This document shows, piece by piece, positions 1 through 8,486 of a DNA stretch of 64,000 nt (the first letter of the stretch is position 1; every line of letters starts with the position of its first letter). The stretch covers positions 59,125-123,124 of the forward strand of contig JBHLON010000005.1 in NCBI GenBank assembly GCA_048940445.1, written 5' to 3'. Below the pieces are notes generated by a model. The model did no database searches and was not told where the DNA came from. It was given only the letters and a program-made list of their open reading frames with translations. Made by a program: the position numbers and the translations under genes. Origin of the DNA: Promethearchaeota archaeon. GTDB taxonomy: Archaea; Asgardarchaeota; Lokiarchaeia; Sigyniarchaeales; SOKP01.

Positions 1-37
1 AAATAGAATTTAATAAATCTGTTAGCATTTCAGCCAT
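1..37 (-). CDS. 5' fragment of a gene running off the left edge (MAEMLTDLLNSI...)
   Basis: ATG at 37 on minus strand; frame open to window edge; purine-rich GAGCGAGAAG just upstream. Confidence 0.35.
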   Translation of the reverse strand, partial: MAEMLTDLLNSI

Positions 38-217
38 GATCTTCTCGCTCTTAAATATAAATAATTAAATTCTTAATAAATTCATTTTGTAGCTTTAATT
101 ATAAATATAACAGAGTACAACAATAAAAAAATTTTTATGTTTTTGAAACTTTTGAATTTTTAAGGAAAATATTTTTTTAAATGTACAGAAGACTTTAGAT
201 AAAATTATCATTCTCTT

Positions 218-396
218 GGGCCATTAGCTCAGACTGGTTAACAAGGTTTTAAAAGCTTGGTCAAAAAGCGCAGGTCTTATAAATGACCGACGGACATACA
301 TCAAATTAAATTGTCTGTTATTAGTAAAAACCTGAGTCTCATTGTGTTTCCATCAATGAGTGAAGGAAATCCGGGGTTCAAATCCCCGATGGCCCA
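218..396 (+). tRNA. tRNA-Ile(UAU) with three introns (~241-265 D-loop, ~282-328 anticodon loop, ~336-368 variable loop)
   Basis: Acceptor GGGCCAT/ATGGCCC+A; D arm GCTCAGACTGGTTA..AAGC; anticodon stem CAGGT/ACCTG with CT-TAT-A; T arm CGGGG-TTCAAAT-CCCCG; each insert forms a hairpin; removing them gives a standard Ile-type cloverleaf. Confidence 0.85.
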
Positions 397-407
397 TTTT
401 TAAAATA

Positions 408-1088
408 TTATTTATCTAAATTTGTTGAAATTAAGTTTAAAGTCCACTTCTTTATCTGCATAAGATTTTTTAACAATCCTGCTACAAGATTTTCAGGAAA
501 CGGTTTTTCTTGGTCAAGATTTTGGACTATGGTCATCCACTTATTTAGGGCTAATTGTACTAGACTCGCACCATCGGCTTCCATAAATATAGGTATTACC
601 GCAGCACTCTCTCTAGCATCCCCAATAGAGAAATAAATCTTTCTATTCATATCTTTTAACATTACTAAATTTGCGCATTCATCCAATTTACGTTCTACTA
701 AAATCATTTTAAGTATTTGAGTTTGAATATCTTTATTCTTTTTTATGAATTGTTCTTTTCTGTTGATTATAAGAGGTTGTATTTCCGTTACAAGTTTATC
801 TCCAGTGGAATCCTTTGGAAAAAATTTAGTCAATTTGATTACATCGTCTAAGACTTCAATATTAATGAATTTTTTAGTGTTAGAATAAAAAATTGTTTGA
901 AATCCTCCTTTATCTTCACTAGGAGAGAGTTTAATGAAAATATTTCTCATTGTGATTGAATTACAACAATGATATGCTAATTCGAATAATTCTTTTGAAG
1001 TTAATGGGTTATATGGTATTTGAATATCTTTGAAGAGCCATTGTGAAGATATAACATTATTAAACTGATTTAAAAGTCGATTCTCCAT
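408..1088 (-). CDS. Hypothetical protein, 226 aa, downstream of secS
   Basis: Long ORF with ATG start; no motif recognised. Confidence 0.75.
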   Translation of the reverse strand: MENRLLNQFNNVISSQWLFKDIQIPYNPLTSKELFELAYHCCNSITMRNIFIKLSPSEDKGGFQTIFYSNTKKFINIEVLDDVIKLTKFFPKDSTGDKLVTEIQPLIINRKEQFIKKNKDIQTQILKMILVERKLDECANLVMLKDMNRKIYFSIGDARESAAVIPIFMEADGASLVQLALNKWMTIVQNLDQEKPFPENLVAGLLKNLMQIKKWTLNLISTNLDK

Positions 1089-1184
1089 AATTAGATAACA
1101 TAATAGTATTTATTATTATATAGTTCTATTCATTTTTATTTATTTTTATTATTTATGTAGAAGAATTAAATAATTTGATTGATT

Positions 1185-2570
1185 TTACTTCTGTACAATT
1201 TGATTATAGGCTTTTTCGAATCTATTAACAGCAAGAATTATATCCCTTGAAGTGGTACCTATAGCAGCATTCATTATAATATAGGGAATTGTATAGTTTG
1301 AACAACAAGTTCCAAATGCACTTTTTTTAGGATTATATACTCTTGGACCAGTAACCCTTAAGTTATATAAAGCTCCTCCTAATTCTGATAACTGATCTTC
1401 TCTTAAATTTTTTAATGTCATTGCTACTGCAACTGGATTAAATACATCTAAAATTCTCTCATTTATCTTTTTAGCGACATTCTCAATTTTTTGTTGTAAT
1501 AATTTTCGATTTTTCTGTTGAGTAGTTATTAATTTCTGATATCCTTTCAGCCCCAAAGAAAGAATTGAAATCAAAATGTTAACAATTGGAGTTGCTGAAG
1601 CGCGTCCAGCATAAGCTTGACTTATTTTGATAATCTTTTCTTTATGTGGTGAAGCAATTATCGCCCCACCAATAGGAGTAAGTACATTTTTATCAGTTGA
1701 TTGAATTATCGCATCTATTCTTCCCGCATCTATTCCTGAGCGAATCAATTTCATCCATTCTGGGCTCTGAACTCCATATGCGTTTATTACAATATGAACA
1801 AGATCATTTTCCTTGGCAAATTTACTGATTTCTTTAATATCATCATTTTCACGAGGAGGAAAGAAACTTGTAGAAGAAATAATCGCAAAGCAATCTTTAT
1901 CTAATTTTAATTTAAGATTTTCAATTGGAATTCGAACAGCATCTCCAAAAATTTTACCCTCAACAATTTTTGGCTTCACACCTACTAAATCGATGCCCTT
2001 TAAAAGAGATTTATGGTCAATTTGGGGTACTAAGACTGTTCTTTTAGATATTAATGCCTTATTATTCCAATTAGGCCTTAGAGCGCTAAGACACAAAGCT
2101 AATGACATTCCAGTACATAATGGTACCACAATTGCACTTTCAATATTTGGTATACCAAATTTCCTCATAAAGTCTCGTGTTAAATAATTTGTTAATTCAT
2201 ACATAATAGATCCACCAGGGGCTTTTGGTTGAGGAGCTGTTAAAAACCCACTTCTACCTACACCATGACAAAAGCCTTGTGAAGTTTTAATATGTAATTT
2301 AGACGCTATCCTAGCTTCTCGTTCTCCTACTCGTGCTGCTTTAATGTCCTTATCTGTATCCATATTTGAAAGTGTTTGTAAGAGATATGCGATTTGTTCA
2401 TCTGTCCAATGTTCTTTTGGAACACTTTTCTGTTCAAATAGAATTTTAATCGGTTTAAGAAATTCTTTTAATACTAATTGTCCTCTATTCAATATATTTT
2501 CAGGAATAGATGCAGTTTTAAAATATTCAATAATTTTATTAAACTCAATCAATTTAAACACTTTTATCAT
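1185..2570 (-). CDS. spcS: O-phosphoseryl-tRNA(Sec) selenium transferase (SepSecS)
   Basis: GEREARI, HGVGRSG, QPKAPG, TGMSL, DHKS, NAYG, QSTDKN (PLP Lys) and YAGRAS motifs; adjacent to tRNA-Sec. Confidence 0.97.
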   Translation of the reverse strand: MIKVFKLIEFNKIIEYFKTASIPENILNRGQLVLKEFLKPIKILFEQKSVPKEHWTDEQIAYLLQTLSNMDTDKDIKAARVGEREARIASKLHIKTSQGFCHGVGRSGFLTAPQPKAPGGSIMYELTNYLTRDFMRKFGIPNIESAIVVPLCTGMSLALCLSALRPNWNNKALISKRTVLVPQIDHKSLLKGIDLVGVKPKIVEGKIFGDAVRIPIENLKLKLDKDCFAIISSTSFFPPRENDDIKEISKFAKENDLVHIVINAYGVQSPEWMKLIRSGIDAGRIDAIIQSTDKNVLTPIGGAIIASPHKEKIIKISQAYAGRASATPIVNILISILSLGLKGYQKLITTQQKNRKLLQQKIENVAKKINERILDVFNPVAVAMTLKNLREDQLSELGGALYNLRVTGPRVYNPKKSAFGTCCSNYTIPYIIMNAAIGTTSRDIILAVNRFEKAYNQIVQK

Positions 2571-2577
2571 AAAGATA

Positions 2578-2734
2578 TGGCGGCCCTTGAGGAGATTTTC
2601 TAAGATTGGTTAATTTCCAACCATTATCGAACTCCTATCCCTCCGCAGGATAACTAGGTTTGAAGCCTAGCGTCAGAGACCACTTATCGTTGGAGATCGA
2701 TATGATCTCAAAACAATTCCGACCGTCAAGGGCC
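2578..2734 (-). tRNA. selC: tRNA-Sec(UCA), 9/4 fold, encoded CCA, two introns (2684-2717 D-arm; ~2596-2625 T-loop)
   Basis: 9-bp acceptor GGCCCTTGA/TCAAGGGCC, G73+CCA; CTAGG-CT-TCA-AA-CCTAG anticodon arm; long variable arm TATCC..GGATA; 4-bp T stem GGAG/CTCC; splicing at a bulge-helix-bulge gives 7-bp D stem GTCGGAG-TGGT-CTCTGAC. Confidence 0.95.
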
Positions 2735-2939
2735 ATTGAAAATTAATATGATAATTAGTTGATTTAAATTGAATTTTATTATTATACTTTATTCTTTATT
2801 TAAACTAAATTATTTACGGCAGAAATTCTATACCTCTGAAATTAACTTCGGATTTATATAATATTAATCCAATGATTAAGTTTTTAAGTTTACTTCTTTG
2901 AGTAGTAATTATAAAAAATTAGATCAAAATCAAAATTGA

Positions 2940-3980
2940 ATGAGTTTAATCAAATATATCGCTCGTAGATTAATATTTTTAATCCCAATTTTGTTCGGGA
3001 CATTAACATTAACATTTGTATTATCAAGATTTATGCCCGGTGATCCCGTTTTAGGATATGTTGCAAATCTGGGGCAGAACGGATTCGAACGGGGTTTATC
3101 TCCAGGTGAATATGAACGAGCTCTAAAGTTGCTTGGACTTGATAAACCAGTATTAGAACAGTATGCTATATATTTGAAAGATTTATTTACGGGTAACTGG
3201 GGATATTCAGTTTCAATTGTAAGAGGTGAAGCTGTTTGGGATTTAATAAGCCAAAGAATTCCTCGAACAGTAGATTTAGCCCTTTTTTCAATATTAATAG
3301 CAGTACCGCTTGGAATTAAAACAGGAATGATTTCAGCAAAACATAGAAATAAAGCTCAAGATACTTTTACAAGAGGATTCTCCTTAATTGGAGTTTCTAT
3401 TCCCGTTTTTTTCTTAGGATTAATGTTCCAATATGTTTTTGGCTATACTTTAGGACTTTTCCCTATAAGTGGATATAAGAATTATGCTTATTCTGATCCT
3501 CCTTATGTTACTGGTTTCCGAATAATTGACGCTCTAATTTCAGGACAACTCTATATTATCTCAGATTATTTATATCATTTAATTTTACCCGTAACAGTTT
3601 TATCTTTCACAATTTTAGGGAATATTACAAGACAAACGCGTTCAAGTATGTTAGAGGTATTAGAAGAAGATTATATAAGAACTGCTCGAGTAAAGGGATG
3701 TGATGAAAAAAATGTATTATATATACATGCTAGAAAAAATGCCTTAATCCCTACAGTAACAGTTGTAGGATTAAATCTTGGAGGTTTTTTGGCAGGTGCA
3801 GTTCTAACAGAAGTCACCTTTAATTTTCTTGGAATAGGGGATTTATTGATTGCTGCGATTGCATTGAACGATTACTGGGTGTTAAACGGTATTGTATTTT
3901 TCATCACAATTTGTTATGTTCTTATTAATTTGGTTATAGATATAATATACAGTATGTTAGATCCACGAATAAGTTATTAA
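2940..3980 (+). CDS. oppB: Peptide/nickel ABC transporter permease (OppB/DppB), orphan paralogue
   Basis: MPGDP, LGLDKP..QY, EDYIRTARVKG (EAA loop), DPRI C-terminus. Confidence 0.93.
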   Translation: MSLIKYIARRLIFLIPILFGTLTLTFVLSRFMPGDPVLGYVANLGQNGFERGLSPGEYERALKLLGLDKPVLEQYAIYLKDLFTGNWGYSVSIVRGEAVWDLISQRIPRTVDLALFSILIAVPLGIKTGMISAKHRNKAQDTFTRGFSLIGVSIPVFFLGLMFQYVFGYTLGLFPISGYKNYAYSDPPYVTGFRIIDALISGQLYIISDYLYHLILPVTVLSFTILGNITRQTRSSMLEVLEEDYIRTARVKGCDEKNVLYIHARKNALIPTVTVVGLNLGGFLAGAVLTEVTFNFLGIGDLLIAAIALNDYWVLNGIVFFITICYVLINLVIDIIYSMLDPRISY

Positions 3981-4011
3981 GATATCTCCTATATTCTAAA
4001 TAGACATAGGT

Positions 4012-4692
4012 TCAGTTTTTAATTATTTTATCTTCAATATCGCTACATTTTATTCTTCTTGTCCCAGGAGTCATCAAGCCTATATTGTATACTGTATCTA
4101 TAAATTTTACAATAATGTGAGAGGAAGCCCCAAAAATTACATATAATTTGCCATTAGAGGTTCTGTATTTAAATTTCCCGACCGCAATTCGATCTCCCTT
4201 TAAAAAATAAGTCTTTTCCTTATAATTAAGTTTATTTGCGAAAAAGTTAATAGGGATTCTTACAATCTCTTTGACTTCTTCTTCTTGCTTAATTAATTTA
4301 ACTTTTTTTACCATAAATCCTACGAAAGGAGTTATGATATATCCTTTAGGTGTGAGATGATCATCTATACTCCCTAAGATACTTATAGTTAGTCGAGAGA
4401 CCCCAATTTCTTCTTCAACTTCCCTTAGAGCTGTGTCTAATAGACTTTGATCAAATTTAGGATCGAACTTTCCCCCTGGAAATGACATTTCACCTGAATG
4501 CTTATCGTTTATTCTTTTTGTACGACGTATCATAAGCAGATCATAAGGAGTTTCTTCCCGTGGTTGAATTAAAAGAATTACAGCCGAATTGACAAATGGT
4601 GCTTGTTGCATTTTAAGTCTGATTGGAGAATTGAAATCATTTAATTTACTTCTAATTGAAGTCTCGTGAAATATAAAATCTTTAGTATTCAC
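4012..4692 (-). CDS. Nudix hydrolase, CoA pyrophosphatase (NudL/Nudt7) family
   Basis: SAV..L; R....HSGEMSFPGG CoA motif; Nudix box TALREVEEEIG; IFGAS. Confidence 0.9.
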   Translation of the reverse strand: MNTKDFIFHETSIRSKLNDFNSPIRLKMQQAPFVNSAVILLIQPREETPYDLLMIRRTKRINDKHSGEMSFPGGKFDPKFDQSLLDTALREVEEEIGVSRLTISILGSIDDHLTPKGYIITPFVGFMVKKVKLIKQEEEVKEIVRIPINFFANKLNYKEKTYFLKGDRIAVGKFKYRTSNGKLYVIFGASSHIIVKFIDTVYNIGLMTPGTRRIKCSDIEDKIIKN

Positions 4693-4695
4693 TGT

Positions 4696-5427
4696 TTAAT
4701 TATCATCATCCAAAATTTCAAATTTATTTACAATTTGGTTCCTATACTTAATATACTCTTTCAATTGCTTAATTTTTTCGAGTTTGAATCGATTTAATCC
4801 CATTTCTGACATATTATAATCATATATCTTTTCAATGAACGCTGAAATCATATAGGCGGTAGCACCCCAAATTGTATATGTTCTTTTAGTTACGGGTTCA
4901 AAATAATTAAAATAGAAGATAGGAAACTTTTTATCTTCAATTTTAATTGCTTGTTCTTTGAAATTTTTTTTTAAAATAAAGAAGTCTATAGGAATTTTTA
5001 ATATAGATTGCACTTCCCGGTCGTCTTTTACTAATTTCTGATTTTTGTCAACAATAGCAATAAAGGGAGTGATTATATATTTTGTCATTGTCGGAAAATC
5101 ATCAAGACATCCTAAAATTTTTATTTTATTCCTTGGAACACCTATCTCCTCTTCTGTTTCTCTCAAAGCAGTATCTTTTAGGGTTTTATCCTTATTTGGT
5201 TCATATTTTCCTCCAGGAAAAGAAATTTCTCCTCTATGTCTTGAGCCTCTTTCAGAACGATGAATTAAAATTAATTCATAAGGTTTATTGTTATATTGAA
5301 TTATAGAAAATAAGACTGCAGAACTTGTAAAAAAAGGATCTTTAAGTGAAATCCTTAAAGGAGAATTGCAATCCAAAATTTTTTTTCTTACAAGACTCTC
5401 ATTGAAAATTAATTTTAAACTATCCAT
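4696..5427 (-). CDS. Nudix hydrolase, CoA pyrophosphatase family (tandem paralogue)
   Basis: HRGEISFPGG; TALRETEEEIG; IWGATA. Confidence 0.9.
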   Translation of the reverse strand: MDSLKLIFNESLVRKKILDCNSPLRISLKDPFFTSSAVLFSIIQYNNKPYELILIHRSERGSRHRGEISFPGGKYEPNKDKTLKDTALRETEEEIGVPRNKIKILGCLDDFPTMTKYIITPFIAIVDKNQKLVKDDREVQSILKIPIDFFILKKNFKEQAIKIEDKKFPIFYFNYFEPVTKRTYTIWGATAYMISAFIEKIYDYNMSEMGLNRFKLEKIKQLKEYIKYRNQIVNKFEILDDDN

Positions 5428-5512
5428 TAGTTTTTAAAAAGATTTTAAGATGTTTGTTAATTAAAAAACATAATATTCAATCCTAATAAAATTTTTTTGG
5501 AGATGTTTAAAA

Positions 5513-5815
5513 TTGAAACTCCCAAAAGAACTCAGAGAAAAAAGAGATTTAACCGCTGCTACAAACAAGGGAAAGCAGTGTTCAATAATAGGGTGTAATG
5601 AGCTAGCTACAAGATCTCTCTCAGAAAGTAAATGGAAATCATATTTAGAAAAAACAGATTTGAAATATAAGGAGAATAAGCAAAAAAAAATTTTTCTCTG
5701 CAAAAATCATTATAAGGATGTAAATAAATTAAGAAAATCCCAAGAGAAGTTTTATCAAAAAAAAGGATTTTTGGAAGATTCTTTTTCTGGAGGAAAATTA
5801 AAGAGATATGATTAG
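5513..5815 (+). CDS. Small basic zinc-finger-like protein
   Basis: CSIIGC ... RSLS ... LCKNHYK, a likely C2-CH metal site. Confidence 0.7.
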   Translation: MKLPKELREKRDLTAATNKGKQCSIIGCNELATRSLSESKWKSYLEKTDLKYKENKQKKIFLCKNHYKDVNKLRKSQEKFYQKKGFLEDSFSGGKLKRYD

Positions 5816-5827
5816 TAGCTATAAATC

Positions 5828-5953
5828 TTAAGGAACTAGAACCATTTGCTGATACAATGTACTGATTAATGAATATTGAGCATCAATGATTCCAATTGTT
5901 AGAAATGATAACGTAATTAAAAAGATAATAAAACCAATTAAAATTTTCCTCAT
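5828..5953 (-). CDS. Small single-TM membrane protein, 41 aa (not in ORF track)
   Basis: MRKILIGFIIFLITLSFLTIGIIDAQYSLISTLYQQMVLVP; basic N-terminus plus hydrophobic helix; fills the intergenic gap. Confidence 0.6.
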   Translation of the reverse strand: MRKILIGFIIFLITLSFLTIGIIDAQYSLISTLYQQMVLVP

Positions 5954-5994
5954 GATATCGATTATAATTATATTAGAACTTATATAAAATTTAG

Positions 5995-6864
5995 TTATTC
6001 AACGAGGGTTTCTAACGTGTTAATCTTTACGTCAATTTTTTTAAGCTTCAAATCAAATCCTTTATCTTTTTCTTTATAATCTTCTTCGGTAATCTCTTTG
6101 GCAGAAAATCTACCTTTATTGAGATTTCTCTCAGCTTTTAATTCAGACTTTTCCATTTTTAATTCTTTAATCCATAATTTAATGCCAGATATGAGATCCT
6201 CCCGTTCTTTCACAAAATCTGCTCTTTCTTCTTTATATTTCTCTTTTAATTCTTCAAATGTTTCCTTATCTATCTTGTGCAATTTGAATTCTTGAGTTAA
6301 ATTCTTTAGTTGAAAGATTCTTTTATTAATATCATCTTTAATCCTTTGAACTATAAATGGCTCCTCCATTTTTTGTTTAACTTCGTTTTCTTTTTGTTTA
6401 AGTTCGTTAATTAATGTTTTAATTGCATCAATTTTGACAGTAACTGATTTCTTGTATTCCTCTTCTACATCATAGCGAGGGTCATTCAAAGACTTTTGAA
6501 TTTCTTTTAATTTTTCTAAAAGCAATTTTTTGTTTAATTGGATATCATTATACTCTATATAGAGTATCATCTGCTCTTTAACTTCAAATGGTAACGGTTT
6601 TTCTAATTTTTCTTTTACTTTTGCCTTTTTCTTTTTTTCTCCTTTAATTTCAATTTCTTCAAGAGGTTCTTCTTCAATTTCGATCTCATGGGATTTTTGT
6701 TCTCCACGGATTTCCTTCACTTTTTCTTTTATAACATCTTTAGGTTTCTGAACTTCTTTTGTCTTAGGTTTTTGAACATCACTCAAGACTGGCTTGCCAC
6801 ATATTATACAAAATTTATCAGTAGGTTTCAAAGGGTTCCCACAATAAACACAGTAACGAGGCAT
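5995..6864 (-). CDS. Zinc-ribbon plus long coiled-coil protein with SHOCT/CdvA-like motifs
   Basis: CVYCG..FCIICG N-terminus; K/E-rich linker; KIDKETFEELKEKY and EITEEDYKEK motifs. Confidence 0.8.
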   Translation of the reverse strand: MPRYCVYCGNPLKPTDKFCIICGKPVLSDVQKPKTKEVQKPKDVIKEKVKEIRGEQKSHEIEIEEEPLEEIEIKGEKKKKAKVKEKLEKPLPFEVKEQMILYIEYNDIQLNKKLLLEKLKEIQKSLNDPRYDVEEEYKKSVTVKIDAIKTLINELKQKENEVKQKMEEPFIVQRIKDDINKRIFQLKNLTQEFKLHKIDKETFEELKEKYKEERADFVKEREDLISGIKLWIKELKMEKSELKAERNLNKGRFSAKEITEEDYKEKDKGFDLKLKKIDVKINTLETLVE

Positions 6865-7016
6865 TTTTCACAATCCTTACTTTTTTTAATTGATATTCTA
6901 ATATAATAAAATTAAAATCCATTTAATTAAATTTTATTGGAGTCCAATATTTAGAAGAATAATTAAGAATTTTTTAATTTCTTCTTTTAAAATAAAAGAA
7001 ATTTATAAAAGTTCCT

Positions 7017-8459
7017 TTGATTGACGTTAAGAATTTAATTCCGATTCATATAGGGCTATATGGACACATAGATAGTGGTAAAACAGCTATAGCTGCAGTT
7101 CTTAGTGAAATTATCTCAACTGCAGGTATTGACGCTCATCCGCAAAGTAAAGAAAGGGGTATAACTATTGATTTAGGTTTTACAAGTTTCGTGTTAGAAA
7201 AGTTTATCATAACTTTAGTTGATGCACCTGGTCATGCAGACTTAATCAAAGTAAGTGCTTCTTCAGTAGAAATAATTGATTGTGCGCTGGTAGTTTTAGA
7301 TATAAATAAAGGTCCACAAGTTCAAACTGGCGAACATTTAATTATGATAGAATCATTAAATATTAAGGATATTATAGTTGTGCTTAATAAGACAGATTTA
7401 TTTAAAGGTGATATTAATCAAGAGATTCAAAAAACAAGAAAATTTTTTCAATCTACCTCTTTTGGAGCCGAAGTGCCAATATTTACCGTGTCTGCGAAAA
7501 AAAAGACAGGCTTTCAAGAATTGAAAGATGGAATTTTAAAAACAGTAAAAAATCTCACGATAAATAGAGAATTCGAAGGAAGTCTTATATTACCAATCGA
7601 TCATCATTTTTTAATAAAAGGGAAAGGAACAATAATAACGGGTACAATTTTGCAGGGGAAACTAAATTTAAATTGCACATTATATATATTACCTGTTGGG
7701 ATCTCTGGAAAAGTTAAATCTATTCAAATATTCCATCAAACAGTTGATAATGCCAAAGCAGGTGACAGGGTTGGAATCAATATTAAAGGTATTGACGTCA
7801 AGAAGGTTTTTAGAGGTTGCTATGCAACAGATAATAAAGAACTTTTTGAATACTCTGATTTAATTGAAGTATATGTGACAAAAAATAGATTATTTAAAGC
7901 AGAAACCCATTTTGGAACCCAAGTGCACGCAACTATTGGAATGTTTACAACAACAGGTTATATTTATCCTTTTTATGAATTAAATGGGAAAAAAATTCAA
8001 ATGAATGTAGACAAAGAGTTAACAAATTTTAAAGCTTTTATATGGTTCAATGAGAACGTTTTATTTAGGAAAGAAAAATTTACAATATTGTTAACCCGCT
8101 TAGATTTACCTCCAATAACTTTAAGGGTATTAGGTTCAGCTAAATTGATTAATATATTCAATGATTTACCATTAATTTATAGATATAAAACAAAACGAGG
8201 AATAATTCAAAATCCATTACATCCGCAAGGTATAATTTGCACTGGTTTAGCCCAAAGTTTAATTGGTGCTAAAAAGATCGTGGGGCGTAAATTAGAGAAA
8301 CCCTTTACTAAAATAATTAGTCCGTTTGGAACCAAGGGATCTGTAATTGTGGGAATTGAAAAAGATCACGCTCGTGTGAAGAAAGGTGAAGATGTCATTT
8401 TGAAGGAACTTAGAAGCTTTAAATTAAAATCTAAAAAAGATTTAAATTCTCAAAATTAA
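7017..8459 (+). CDS. selB: Selenocysteine-specific elongation factor (archaeal SelB/eEFSec type)
   Basis: GHIDSGKT, PQSKERGITIDLGF, DAPGH, QTGEH, NKTD, DHHF; short C-terminal domain with ISPFGTKG and no bacterial winged-helix repeats. Confidence 0.95.
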   Translation: MIDVKNLIPIHIGLYGHIDSGKTAIAAVLSEIISTAGIDAHPQSKERGITIDLGFTSFVLEKFIITLVDAPGHADLIKVSASSVEIIDCALVVLDINKGPQVQTGEHLIMIESLNIKDIIVVLNKTDLFKGDINQEIQKTRKFFQSTSFGAEVPIFTVSAKKKTGFQELKDGILKTVKNLTINREFEGSLILPIDHHFLIKGKGTIITGTILQGKLNLNCTLYILPVGISGKVKSIQIFHQTVDNAKAGDRVGINIKGIDVKKVFRGCYATDNKELFEYSDLIEVYVTKNRLFKAETHFGTQVHATIGMFTTTGYIYPFYELNGKKIQMNVDKELTNFKAFIWFNENVLFRKEKFTILLTRLDLPPITLRVLGSAKLINIFNDLPLIYRYKTKRGIIQNPLHPQGIICTGLAQSLIGAKKIVGRKLEKPFTKIISPFGTKGSVIVGIEKDHARVKKGEDVILKELRSFKLKSKKDLNSQN

Positions 8460-8486
8460 TTTATATTATTAAGTGAGGTTATAATA

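Noticed and set aside
271-334. Reading the first tRNA as Leu(UAA) through an alternative splice junction
   Set aside because: The acceptor stem and T arm are Ile-like, and the 33-nt variable-region insert is too long for a Leu arm and looks like an intron. Not formally excluded.
408-1088. PSTK (phosphoseryl-tRNA kinase) expected next to secS
   Set aside because: No Walker A/P-loop motif.
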